Positions 36,614 through 46,102 of a stretch of DNA of 64,000 nucleotides are shown piece after piece. The position numbers and the translations under genes are program-made. Source of the stretch: a virus (taxonomy: Duplodnaviria > Heunggongvirae > Uroviricota > Caudoviricetes). A model generated the notes under the pieces. That model made no database searches. It was given only the letters and a program-made list of their open reading frames with translations, and had not been told where the DNA came from. The DNA lies in the IMG/VR virus record IMGVR_UViG_3300037067_009442, positions 1 through 64,000 of that record, one strand, 5' to 3'. Positions within the stretch are counted from its first letter, which is position 1. Each line of letters starts with the position of its first letter.

Positions 36614-38482
36614 CTACTCGACTGGAGTTGCTTCAGGGTTTGACGTGTACGACTCCACGGACATCGGGGCAGAGGCAGTGGAAGTGGGTTTACCTAGGCG
36701 GTTATGGACTGCTCGCTTGAGTGCGGTGTGAAGGTGGTAGCGAGGGAGCACTGCCAACGTCAGGGCTTCTTCGGTGAGCTGAGGGAGAGTACTAACCCAA
36801 TGAGGGGAGCTCGAGTAGTCCTGGTAGGTGACTACTGCTTCGAGCAAGGTCTGACCCCACCATTGAGTTAGCTCCTCAGTGATGATCTTCCTCGCTGAGG
36901 AGTTGTCTGGGTACTGGTCAACGAAAAACTTGATCCAGCAAATGAACCCTCGGAAGTCCCCATTGATGAACAAGGTGTTGGTGCAGGGTTCAAACTGAGC
37001 TGCCTTGTCTTCCATCTCCCCTGGAGACCGGGTTCCGTTACGGGAGAACTTCCACAGAACATTCGGTAGGTCGGTAAGGCTAAAGGGTTTTGCTTTATGG
37101 CCCTTGGGCTTGAGCTTCCTTGTCGAACCCAAGTGGGGCTTCCTCTTCTGCTTAGGGCCCGGGGTTGAGTCAGGATCCGAATTGGAACTGGAGTCTATTG
37201 GTGCAGGCTCATCTGCATCATCCACTTCTTCGGTGCCCGCCGAATCGATTCGATACTTCGAGACATTGAAGAGGCTGAGAACTTCTTCGATTCGGCTCTT
37301 GATCGTGGTGGTGTCACAGACTTCATCGGTGGACAGGGAGTCAATGAAGTCCTGGAGTTCCTTGGGGAATTTGGTTCGGAACTCGGCTGCCCAATCGTTC
37401 CATGGCGGATCTTCCCCATGAAGAATGAGCTTAGTCCGAGGGGTGTTGGCGGTGATATCCTTTGAGGTAGGTTCAAAGTATAGGACGATCCGATTGAGGC
37501 CGTAGAAGATGCCACATTGATGGAGCTTGGGGTGGTAGGCCGTAGTAGCCTCTCGAAGATCATAGAGCTCGTTCCTCCAGAGAAGGGCTACGTGACCTCG
37601 GTTAAGGTGACTTGGGCCTAGGGTATCCATCGTGGTTACAGCCTTAGGGGCGCCTGGAGGCTGCCAGGGCTGCCTGAGTACCCCTGTAGACTCAGGCAGG
37701 GCCCACCAGTGGACAATGGCGTCCTTGAGAGCTACCTCCCCCTTGAGGAGGGCTACAGCGTCAAGCATTGGTCCTTGCCCAGTGACTGGGCGAAGACCGC
37801 CACCGTCTGACTTAGTGTATTCCTGACACTGGATCCGGATGTTGGCGGGGAAGCTGAAGTAGCGAGTATTGAGGTAACGGCGGACCCATTGAGCACCCTT
37901 GCTACTAGATCCCTCGGGTGGGGCACAAGTTGGATCATTCTTTCCCGTACCCATGAGAACGATCTTGGTCCCAGACCCGCTCTTCGCTACATGCTCTGGT
38001 TGATCATCGTCTTCAATGTCAGCTACGTACCCCGACTCGTCCTGACCATCGAAAGACATCAATCCATATCGACCCTTCCGGTCTTGGATCATCTGGATAA
38101 CCGAGCTATCTCCGTTTTTCCAGGACATGTAGACCAGTCCGTAGGGGTTCTTCGTGGCGGCGGCAATTTTAGCCCCAATACCGTAGTTGCCGTTAAGGGA
38201 TTGGCGACCATTACCGTTGCAGCTCAGGGTATTGATGTAGCGAACCATCTCTTCCCCTGTCATCCCATCCCCATTGTCCGTGATGGAGAGCTTGGGTACC
38301 CCACCAGACCAGGAGCTATCAGATTCCCACACAATGTGGCCCTCAGCTCGACCAGCCCTTCCAATGGCTTCAATGGCATTTTGAGTTAGCTCTCGGACAT
38401 ACTGAAGAGGGGCACAGTCCCTCCCTAGTAAATCGACCAGAATGCCGATATTATCGACCTTCATCTCCAGAGTTAGGTCCAT
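36614..38482 (-). CDS. GHKL (MORC/Hsp90-like) ATPase, paralog of 20239
   Basis: VRELTQNAIEA, DNGDGM, GNYGIGAK, GTKIVL. Confidence 0.9.
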   Translation of the reverse strand: MDLTLEMKVDNIGILVDLLGRDCAPLQYVRELTQNAIEAIGRAGRAEGHIVWESDSSWSGGVPKLSITDNGDGMTGEEMVRYINTLSCNGNGRQSLNGNYGIGAKIAAATKNPYGLVYMSWKNGDSSVIQMIQDRKGRYGLMSFDGQDESGYVADIEDDDQPEHVAKSGSGTKIVLMGTGKNDPTCAPPEGSSSKGAQWVRRYLNTRYFSFPANIRIQCQEYTKSDGGGLRPVTGQGPMLDAVALLKGEVALKDAIVHWWALPESTGVLRQPWQPPGAPKAVTTMDTLGPSHLNRGHVALLWRNELYDLREATTAYHPKLHQCGIFYGLNRIVLYFEPTSKDITANTPRTKLILHGEDPPWNDWAAEFRTKFPKELQDFIDSLSTDEVCDTTTIKSRIEEVLSLFNVSKYRIDSAGTEEVDDADEPAPIDSSSNSDPDSTPGPKQKRKPHLGSTRKLKPKGHKAKPFSLTDLPNVLWKFSRNGTRSPGEMEDKAAQFEPCTNTLFINGDFRGFICWIKFFVDQYPDNSSARKIITEELTQWWGQTLLEAVVTYQDYSSSPHWVSTLPQLTEEALTLAVLPRYHLHTALKRAVHNRLGKPTSTASAPMSVESYTSNPEATPVE

Positions 38483-38649
38483 GATAGTACAATCCCTTTG
38501 GACCCTGACTTTTGTGAGGGTCCGTATCGGTCACGTTGATGTGGACTTTCCTCGCTTCCTCGCTTTTGGCCGTCCGAGGTGGATTTAGTTGGCCTTTCAG
38601 CAAACCTTCCACAGGGACAAGTCACTAGGGATTCGTCGGGGAACAATGC

Positions 38650-38678
38650 ACCTTACTATCGTGAAGTCAGATTGTCAA
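38650..38678 (-). promoter_or_regulatory. sigma70-like promoter TTGACA-17-TAAGGT
   Basis: Perfect -35, 17-nt spacer, ~160 nt upstream of the GHKL ATG. Confidence 0.55.
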
Positions 38679-39203
38679 CTAACCTCTTGACCTTCTCTGA
38701 GGAATCTTGGCGGGACCGTGAGGCTTCCTATCCTTAGAGGTAATGAACCAACTTGACCTTGAGAGATACTTAGTTCCCCTTCCCCAAGCCAGCCAAGCGT
38801 CGGTAATCTTCTTGAGATCCCCTGCGTCAGCCTCATCAACTGGTTCTGCACCGGTGAGGGCCCGAAGGGCCCAGTCCCAATGCTCTAGTTCAATGGTTGG
38901 ATCATTGAGTCGCTCAAGGATGAATGGGATCGCAGGCTTTCCCATGCCAATAATGGCTTGATAGTCCTGATTCAACACGATCTCTGTCAGGGAGGACAGG
39001 ACCATTGTAGCCTTCTTCCAAGCCTTCACATGCTTCCTAAAAGACGCCTCAAGGGCTAGGTGACTTACTAGGTCCCGGATCCCCTTGAATGCTTCATCAG
39101 GATCCTGAGCTAAGTAACTCAAGGATGGATAGCTAGTGCAGGTTGCCACGTACTCCCTGTCCTTCTTTGACCACTCAATGGAGTAATTTAGCTTCTTTTC
39201 CAT
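38679..39203 (-). CDS. HicB-like antitoxin domain fused to helical domain
   Basis: Y.IEWS..D.EYVA....YPSLS.LA..P.EA..GI..LV. Confidence 0.7.
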   Translation of the reverse strand: MEKKLNYSIEWSKKDREYVATCTSYPSLSYLAQDPDEAFKGIRDLVSHLALEASFRKHVKAWKKATMVLSSLTEIVLNQDYQAIIGMGKPAIPFILERLNDPTIELEHWDWALRALTGAEPVDEADAGDLKKITDAWLAWGRGTKYLSRSSWFITSKDRKPHGPAKIPQRRSRG

Positions 39204-39294
39204 AAAGCTCTATCTTTATCCTAACTTAGGTTAAAAGTCCAGTAAAACCCTTGTTCGATAGCCCCTATAACAGCCGGCTCGAAAGGCGGACTCA

Positions 39295-39912
39295 ATGGCC
39301 AATGTAGTCAATAGGACAGCGGTACCACTTCTGATTCTGTACAGTGTCAACACGCCGGACTATCCAGAGTCCGATTGGATCATCAACCCAGACCTGACCA
39401 TTCTCGAAACGGTACCCATCAAGTACCTTAAAGTCTCGGGAGATCTGGTCATTGAGATGACCACTGCAGAGAAGGCTGTGGTAGACGCGGCGGAACTTGC
39501 TGCGTACAAGACCAAGATAGTTTCGGACGTCTGCAATGCCCGAGAACGTAAGATCGACTATGGGCAGGGTGCTGAGTACCCTGCCGCATCTGGGACATAT
39601 CTAGCTTGCACAGATAGAGATCAGGGTCGTTGGCTCTATTGGCAATCCATCGGTGGTAAGTGGGCAGCCCTTGGCTTGTCCTACCCCTTCCGAGTACACT
39701 CACGAGACGGAAGCACTTACGTAGATATTACCAAGTCACAGGACTTCACCGCAGTAATTGAGGCTATCGGTGTGCATGTAGTAAGTCTCTTCAACGAAGC
39801 AGAGACAGTAGTACAGAACGTACTAGCCGCCACAACCATCGCTGGTGTTGACTCTGCCTCGTCCACCTACATCGAGAGTGCCCCTGTTGTCGAAGGCTTC
39901 ACGGTAACCTAA
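39295..39912 (+). CDS. hypothetical protein, possibly tail-fibre-assembly-like
   Basis: SVNTPDY...W.INPD then helical C-terminal domain; function is a guess. Confidence 0.6.
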   Translation: MANVVNRTAVPLLILYSVNTPDYPESDWIINPDLTILETVPIKYLKVSGDLVIEMTTAEKAVVDAAELAAYKTKIVSDVCNARERKIDYGQGAEYPAASGTYLACTDRDQGRWLYWQSIGGKWAALGLSYPFRVHSRDGSTYVDITKSQDFTAVIEAIGVHVVSLFNEAETVVQNVLAATTIAGVDSASSTYIESAPVVEGFTVT

Positions 39913-39922
39913 GGGAGAAGTC

Positions 39923-40300
39923 ATGTACCACCAAACTAGATTAGTTACACTGAGAGACTACTACGCGAAGTTGATGAACCGCGTGGTTCAATGGAAAGAG
40001 ATCCTTGCCAATTGGCAACTCGGTACCAAGGACGATTCCGACGGATCATTCCGTGCCTTACAGGATCTTCACGATACTACTATGCGTAAGAGCGTGAAGC
40101 TCGAAGCACTAGTGGAGTTACTACTTTCTCGCGGGATCATTCGACCCGAGGACTTGCTTGAGAAGCAGATCGAATTGGCAGTTCGCCTAGATCAGTCTCT
40201 TGAAGTCAAGTTCCCCGGGGTCAAGGTCACGGACTCTGGTATTCAGGTCGATGAGGACGTGTTTGAGAAGACCAAGATCGATCTTGGGTTCCCTCTCTAA
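39923..40300 (+). CDS. hypothetical protein
   Basis: GGAG RBS; helical. Confidence 0.7.
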   Translation: MYHQTRLVTLRDYYAKLMNRVVQWKEILANWQLGTKDDSDGSFRALQDLHDTTMRKSVKLEALVELLLSRGIIRPEDLLEKQIELAVRLDQSLEVKFPGVKVTDSGIQVDEDVFEKTKIDLGFPL

Positions 40301-40659
40301 GCAGCCTCTATAGCTAGTCGAATGACCTCAAGGATCCTACTCATTTCGGGATCCTTGGGGTCTTCTACTACCAGAGTTCCCTCACCGGTATCTGCGTGAG
40401 TCATGACATTGATCATTGACTTGCAGTGCTCCTCTGTCCAACCGTCGGCGTCCCAAGCAGCCTTAGCCGCTTGGTTCTTGTAGACAAATACCTCTGGGTG
40501 GACATTGCCAAACAGATCCTTCAACTCGAGGACTTGAGTACCCACACCTTCGATGACAGCCTCAGTCCAGACTGTGAGGATGGCCTGGACAATCCTATGG
40601 GTCAGTTCCTCAATGAGAGGGCCCGCCTTGAAGGTAAGATCTGTCCCGCCTATCTGCAT
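40297..40659 (-). CDS. hypothetical protein
   Basis: Protein-like ORF. Confidence 0.7.
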   Translation of the reverse strand: MQIGGTDLTFKAGPLIEELTHRIVQAILTVWTEAVIEGVGTQVLELKDLFGNVHPEVFVYKNQAAKAAWDADGWTEEHCKSMINVMTHADTGEGTLVVEDPKDPEMSRILEVIRLAIEAA

Positions 40660-40660
40660 G

Positions 40661-41074
40661 TCAGATCCCCAGCTTCTTCCGCACGGTATCCAGGGCCTGC
40701 TGGTAGAGGACTTGAGTACCCGGAATGCCCACGGTGATGATGATGCTTACCATTGCTTGTAGTGGGTCTGAAGAAGGGACTATGAGGTACTTGTTGCTTG
40801 GGTTGGTACCTACGCCGGTGGCAGGGGTCCGAACTTCTCGAGGCTTCCTAGTAGTACGAGTAGGGACCTTACGGGTGGGTGAAGCCGCTAATCGCTTGAA
40901 CCGACTTCGTTGGGATCGAGCACTGGCGGGGCTGATCTTCACTCCCTGCTCAGCGGCGTAGGTCAAAACAGCCCCGATTGGCAGACTCATCGTCTTCTGA
41001 ATGAGCTCAGCTTTGTAGCCTACTTCCCCTGGTTGATGCGTTAGGGTAGGAAACTTGTGAGTAGTTGCCGGCAT
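40661..41074 (-). CDS. basic putative DNA-binding protein
   Basis: R/K/T-rich centre; GGAG upstream. Confidence 0.65.
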   Translation of the reverse strand: MPATTHKFPTLTHQPGEVGYKAELIQKTMSLPIGAVLTYAAEQGVKISPASARSQRSRFKRLAASPTRKVPTRTTRKPREVRTPATGVGTNPSNKYLIVPSSDPLQAMVSIIITVGIPGTQVLYQQALDTVRKKLGI

Positions 41075-41214
41075 TTAGGTCATTCTCCGTTAATGTGGTT
41101 AGGCTAAGTAGAGGCAGGTAATCAGATACCCCAGTAAAAGTCAAGAGAATCAGACTCCTACCCTACTCGACAGAAAGAAGTTGCTGATCCATAAGGGGTT
41201 GTGATAGAAGATGA

Positions 41215-41772
41215 TTGATGGCTGATGACCTAGAAGAGTACTGGGGGGATGTGCGTCCAGTAAGGATGCCCTCTGAGACTAAGCCAAAGCTTAATACCAA
41301 GAGCGAAGCAAGTGAGCCAGCTACTATCTCAGCAGCTCTAGTAAGTCTAGCTTGGAGAGTAGGCTTACCTCTCGATGCGCCTTGGGTGGACATTAGGGGA
41401 GCCTTACAAGAGCGTGGTTTAGCCCCAGCCTACCTTGGGGAGGATTTACCTTTCTTTGATCCTTACCACCCAGAGCTGGGTCTTAGTCAGGCTAGGTTTG
41501 TTGGAGTAGACGAAGCTGAATCGATGATCAAGGCTTTTGAGGAAGCTCACCCTGAATTCATGAGGACGGTAAGACTTCAGAAAGAAGAGGAAGCAGCGTT
41601 CGCAGACGTGGATGCTTTCCTTGACGCCAACCCCATTCTCGAAGAAATTATGTCATTACAGGGGGCCTACGTCTCTAGTATAACTACTAATTATGGCCCT
41701 GATGTTATAGTCGAGGAGCTTCCAGTTCAGTTTGAGTCTATTCGTTTAGGATCAGGTACTGAAGAACACTAG
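41215..41772 (+). CDS. hypothetical protein with N-terminal DDLEEYW tag
   Basis: MADDLEEYWGDVRPVR. Confidence 0.8.
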   Translation: MMADDLEEYWGDVRPVRMPSETKPKLNTKSEASEPATISAALVSLAWRVGLPLDAPWVDIRGALQERGLAPAYLGEDLPFFDPYHPELGLSQARFVGVDEAESMIKAFEEAHPEFMRTVRLQKEEEAAFADVDAFLDANPILEEIMSLQGAYVSSITTNYGPDVIVEELPVQFESIRLGSGTEEH

Positions 41773-41803
41773 TATTTGACAGTGAATCGGTGTACAAGTG
41801 GCC

Positions 41804-42757
41804 ATGCCAAAAGAACTCGACTGGGAAGAGCTTACGCTAGTCTACACAAAAGACGTAGGGCTTGAGATTTCCAGAGCTGGTCAAGAAGTACTGGATCACC
41901 CAAAGGCCAAGTCAATCCTCCTTGAGTTTGGGATCGATATGGGGTACCCGCTCCTAGTCGCAGCCCTCAAGGATGCTCCGGCCATATCCTCTTGGGATGA
42001 ATTTGCCGTAGTTGAGCAGCTCAAGGGTTCTGTCCTTCGCAGTCACCCTGATAGTGAGTCGTTCCTGAAGCCCCTCGAGAGGGCAGCCTCTGAAGGTAAG
42101 TTCCTGATCTTTAGATTGCTTGAAGAACGAGCTGACGCTGATTTTCATCAGGCGATGATCGAAGCCTGTCACATGGGATGCACTGAGTTGGTTCGATACA
42201 TCCTCAAGAGGGGTTTCCCTGGGGTTGATGTCTTGAAGGACAACTGTGCTTACCTACGAGTGGCTACTACCGCCGGAGGTGGTATTTGGGGCCCCAATAA
42301 CGAACCTGGACCTACTGAAGTCATTGAGCTCCTTTTGTCGCTCGGATCAGACAAGAATGCCTGTAGCCCTACTGACAATACGGCAGCCCTATCTTCAGCT
42401 TGCCACTGGGGAAACCTAGTCAGCGTCAAGGTTTTACTCGATGCGGGTGCTGATGTGAATATCAATGAAGGGCAGCCGCTGCAGCAAGCAGGTAGCTACC
42501 CAACGATTACTCGGCTCCTCATCGAACGGGGGGCTAAGAAGCCACCGATTGAGTACGTTGAACGTCTGGTAGGGTTGAACAGGTTCGATACCCTGAACCT
42601 GATCTTGATTGCATTTGGATATACGCCTGAAGAGCTCAACAAGGCAATGCTCCAAGCTTACGAAGGCTGGAAGGTCGTTGACACCCTCCATCAATTTGGT
42701 GCTACAGCGGACCCCCCTCCGAGGGTTGATCTGCACGTGGTGAAGGAAACCTCTTAG
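41804..42757 (+). CDS. ankyrin repeat protein
   Basis: AL..AC..GNL..VK.LLDAGADVN repeats; GGTGTA box 9 nt upstream of ATG 41804. Confidence 0.85.
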   Translation: MPKELDWEELTLVYTKDVGLEISRAGQEVLDHPKAKSILLEFGIDMGYPLLVAALKDAPAISSWDEFAVVEQLKGSVLRSHPDSESFLKPLERAASEGKFLIFRLLEERADADFHQAMIEACHMGCTELVRYILKRGFPGVDVLKDNCAYLRVATTAGGGIWGPNNEPGPTEVIELLLSLGSDKNACSPTDNTAALSSACHWGNLVSVKVLLDAGADVNINEGQPLQQAGSYPTITRLLIERGAKKPPIEYVERLVGLNRFDTLNLILIAFGYTPEELNKAMLQAYEGWKVVDTLHQFGATADPPPRVDLHVVKETS

Positions 42758-42759
42758 GG

Positions 42760-44034
42760 TTGCTCTCCCCTCAACTCTAAGTTATAATAGGTTTCCTTGA
42801 TTTCTCTTTCTCACAAGATCCGGCTCAACCCTAATCGGGAGGCAATAATTTACTTGGCCAAGTCGGCCGGTACCTCAAGGTTTGCCTATAATTGGGCATT
42901 AGCTCGATGGAAAGAGAAGTACCTAGCTGATGAGAAGCCTACGGCTTTCCGCCTGAACGCGGAATTCAACGCCCGCAAGGGCTCTGACTTTCCTTGGACT
43001 TCCGAGGTATCCAAGTACTGCTGCCAGCAAGCCATTCTTGATCTTGGTGACTCCTTCAAGAGGTTCTTCAAGAAACTCACCAAGTACCCTAGGTTCAAGA
43101 AGAAAGGGGTCTCTCGTGATTCCTTCTACCTAGGGACCGATGTCATCAAGGTATCAGGGAAGTACCTGAAGCTTCCGAAGCTTCTTCAACCAATCAAGAT
43201 GGCTCAGGAGATCCGATTCCCCGAAGGTCGGATCCTCTCTTGTACAATCTCCAGGGACTCAGTAGGGGATTGGTACGCTTCATTCTCGATAGAGATCTCA
43301 GAAGGATCTTATGTCTACCCGCACAAGTGCGAAAACCAAGCAGTTGTAGGGGTTGATCTAGGGATCAAGACACTAGCTACTTGCTCCAATGGTACGAAGT
43401 TCGAGAACCCAAAGCCCTTGGCTCGGGCCCAGCGCAAGCTCCGAAGGAGCCAACGTCGCCTTGCCAAGAAGGTGAAGGGTTCTAAAAACCGAGCCAAAGC
43501 GAAGCTTTTGGTAGCTAGGGTTCATCGGAGGGTAACCAGGATCAGGTTGGATTCAATTCACCAAATGACATCCTGGTTGGTCAAAACCTTCCGGTTCATT
43601 GGGATCGAAGATCTGAACGTTCGAGGGATGATCAAGAACCACAAGCTTGCACGGGCGTTAGCCGATGCAAGCTTCGGTGAGATCCGTCGACAGATTGAAT
43701 ATAAATCGAAGCTATCTGAATCTCATGTAGTAGTAGCTGATCGGTTCTATCCGTCCTCGAAGAGGTGTTCCGATTGTGGAGAAACCCTAGAGAGGCTGGA
43801 CCTATCCGTGAGGGAATGGTCGTGCCTCTCTTGTGGGGTCATTCATGATCGTGATGAGAACGCCTCGATTAATCTAAGACTCGTCGCCGAGAGGTACTCG
43901 GAGACTTTAAACGCTTGTGGAGAAGCTGTAAGGCCTGTGCAACGCCGCAAGGCGGGGCATAGGCGGGCTTCATTGAAGCAAGAATCAGTTCATCTCATGG
44001 GGGTTAACTCATGAGACCTGAGTTCCGTCCAACG
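42760..44034 (+). mobile_element. solo tnpB element copy 2; ends approximate
   Basis: TTGCTC-17-TATAAT promoter; 3' hairpin tctcatg...catgaga. Confidence 0.65.
42797..44014 (+). CDS. tnpB: RNA-guided endonuclease TnpB (copy 2)
   Basis: Same motifs as copy 1; RuvC D/E/D intact. Confidence 0.95.
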   Translation: MISLSHKIRLNPNREAIIYLAKSAGTSRFAYNWALARWKEKYLADEKPTAFRLNAEFNARKGSDFPWTSEVSKYCCQQAILDLGDSFKRFFKKLTKYPRFKKKGVSRDSFYLGTDVIKVSGKYLKLPKLLQPIKMAQEIRFPEGRILSCTISRDSVGDWYASFSIEISEGSYVYPHKCENQAVVGVDLGIKTLATCSNGTKFENPKPLARAQRKLRRSQRRLAKKVKGSKNRAKAKLLVARVHRRVTRIRLDSIHQMTSWLVKTFRFIGIEDLNVRGMIKNHKLARALADASFGEIRRQIEYKSKLSESHVVVADRFYPSSKRCSDCGETLERLDLSVREWSCLSCGVIHDRDENASINLRLVAERYSETLNACGEAVRPVQRRKAGHRRASLKQESVHLMGVNS

Positions 44035-44783
44035 TGATCCTTTCTCTTGAGGTACAGGAGGACACTCTAGTCCTCAAGGGTATTCGGGATGAGTATCGCT
44101 ACCTAGGGTTCCTAGAGTTTGAGGGTGATGCTTTCCGAGGAGGGCTATCACCTTACGAGGCTCTTCAGGTAATTGTCTTTCCAAGTAGCACTAGGAAGGT
44201 ACCCTCACCTAGAATCCTTGAGTTTCACGATGAAGCCAGAGATGAGTTGAACTCCTGGATCATCTCCAATATTCCCAACCTTGGAGCCCTAAGGGCTGTA
44301 TCCAAGACTGTCAAGGATGAATCACCCAGTACCCTTAAGGGGAAGTCCCTAGGGGAGAAGGCTAGGATGGTTAACGGGAGCTTCCTGACCCTTCCTGTCC
44401 CGGGTTGGCTTAGGGTAGGACTCAAGCTTCGTGATAAGGCTTCGGGTGAGTTCTTTCGAGTCACTGTGGTGGGGCCCACTAAAATTGAGGTAGTCAACAC
44501 CTGTAGGAAGATGCGACCTGCTAGTACCTTCAGGATCGTAGGACTACATCAGACCTTCTATGGTCTCGAGTACTTCGAGTGTGACAGCTGTCGACAAAAA
44601 CCTGGGTCACCTACTCTCTGCTCCAATTGCTTAGAGCGTAGAACTGAGCATGGTAGGCTCAATTATTGTGAACTTCCTTCCTTCATTGACAGGGTGTACC
44701 TAGGGGGTCTAATCCCAGGGACCTCTCGAGAAGAGATAGACGACTTCATCCCTACTCGATTCGAACGTAACGAAGTGGTTTGA
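44034..44783 (+). CDS. hypothetical protein with Zn site and C-terminal PTRFER tag
   Basis: CDSC..KPGSPTLCSNC; ends IPTRFERNEVV. Confidence 0.75.
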   Translation: MILSLEVQEDTLVLKGIRDEYRYLGFLEFEGDAFRGGLSPYEALQVIVFPSSTRKVPSPRILEFHDEARDELNSWIISNIPNLGALRAVSKTVKDESPSTLKGKSLGEKARMVNGSFLTLPVPGWLRVGLKLRDKASGEFFRVTVVGPTKIEVVNTCRKMRPASTFRIVGLHQTFYGLEYFECDSCRQKPGSPTLCSNCLERRTEHGRLNYCELPSFIDRVYLGGLIPGTSREEIDDFIPTRFERNEVV

Positions 44784-45268
44784 CTATGACTGACACCATC
44801 AAAAACTTCATTAATCGCATACATACAAGACCGGTTATCACCTTCAGGTTGCTGGCAGAACGATTAGGGGTCCCTTACCTAGAGGAGCGAAGAGGGGAAC
44901 GACGCCTAGGTCACCGGTTAAAAGAGGTCTCAGATGAAGAGGCCATCAAGCAAGGTCTTTTCCCTACTCGTCGATTTCGTTCTCCTACCGGGGAGATCCT
45001 AGAGACTAATGAGTGGCCACCCACGAACTATGAACAGCTGACTGATGAGGTTTGGTCTCGTGATAACTTTCCCACTTCCTACAACACTATTCAGGAAGCG
45101 GTGCAGAAGTTACCCAATGGCATCAAGGCCATGTACTTCCACTTAGTGTCCCTGACTCTAGTCCTAGTAGCACCTGATGGGGAGTTAGTAGGGGTACGGA
45201 AGTCAATCTTCTGTAGTGAAGATGACTTTGCAGCCTTTGATGTACTGAAGAAGGTTACTACCCACTAA
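44780..45268 (+). CDS. hypothetical protein
   Basis: Coupled ORF. Confidence 0.65.
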   Translation: MTMTDTIKNFINRIHTRPVITFRLLAERLGVPYLEERRGERRLGHRLKEVSDEEAIKQGLFPTRRFRSPTGEILETNEWPPTNYEQLTDEVWSRDNFPTSYNTIQEAVQKLPNGIKAMYFHLVSLTLVLVAPDGELVGVRKSIFCSEDDFAAFDVLKKVTTH

Positions 45269-45290
45269 TCTGGTTCTAGAAGAGTAGGGT

Positions 45291-45674
45291 ATGAAATTCT
45301 GTGACCGCCATTGGATGACGCTCAGGGCCAAGATCTCTGAGTTCGGACTTGACTCCCTTGTACCTACCTCAGGAGAGGAGGCACATGCGAAGCTTGTAAA
45401 AGAGCTTCAGAGTGGATCCTCTAAGGGTACTTTTGATCCCCTGATGGCGGCACATAACGCTATTGTCAGCAATGCTCTTCATTCAACTGGATTAGAGTTG
45501 ATGGTAGTATCAGAGGAGAATACCCATCGATGCCCGATCTGCTTTCTACAGACCAGGCACGAAGAAGTATGCACCGAACCCGATTGCAAGTTCACCTATG
45601 AGGCTTGGATCACTCTGGCGGTAGAAGGTGCACTAGCTCAGGCCAAAGAGCTTGGGCTAGTGGGTATGTCTTAG
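45291..45674 (+). CDS. hypothetical Cys/His protein
   Basis: FC..HW...FDPLM.A...CPIC. Confidence 0.75.
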   Translation: MKFCDRHWMTLRAKISEFGLDSLVPTSGEEAHAKLVKELQSGSSKGTFDPLMAAHNAIVSNALHSTGLELMVVSEENTHRCPICFLQTRHEEVCTEPDCKFTYEAWITLAVEGALAQAKELGLVGMS

Positions 45675-46102
45675 ATCCCGAGCTTGTGAGCTCCCGATGT
45701 GGACCGAGAAAGGGAAGCATCCAAGCTTCCAATGGCCAACTTCATCGAACTGATCGGATCCACCTTCAGTTGAGTGTGGACTCCCACTGCCAACTCCCTT
45801 GTAGCTTCTGCGATCTGCTCAAGAGCTTCACAGATAGGGAGAAGGTTCGTCCTTACTTCATCGACGGACACCTCAAACAGTCCTCCGAACTCTTCAAATT
45901 GATTTGTGTACCTAGCTCTACCCCCACCTACTGGAGTTAGGGCGGACTGAAAGGTAGCAGTCTGAGCTACCTCCAGGTGTGTGCTGATTGCCGACAATTG
46001 AGCTTGAGCCTTCGTTACCGCTGCAAGTAACTCGGGTAGCATCTTCTGAAGGTGAGCGTGACTTTGAGCTGTATTAGTCATAATAGACCCCCTGGTCCTC
46101 AT
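45671..46102 (-). CDS. helical hypothetical protein
   Basis: Downstream of class A promoter at 46132-46166 via a 10-aa leader ORF. Confidence 0.7.
   Translation of the reverse strand: MRTRGSIMTNTAQSHAHLQKMLPELLAAVTKAQAQLSAISTHLEVAQTATFQSALTPVGGGRARYTNQFEEFGGLFEVSVDEVRTNLLPICEALEQIAEATRELAVGVHTQLKVDPISSMKLAIGSLDASLSRSTSGAHKLGI

Noticed and set aside
38544-38554. GAGGAAAGTCC (RNase P RNA signature) on minus strand
   Set aside because: Only ~160 nt available and the other conserved RNase P elements are not evident
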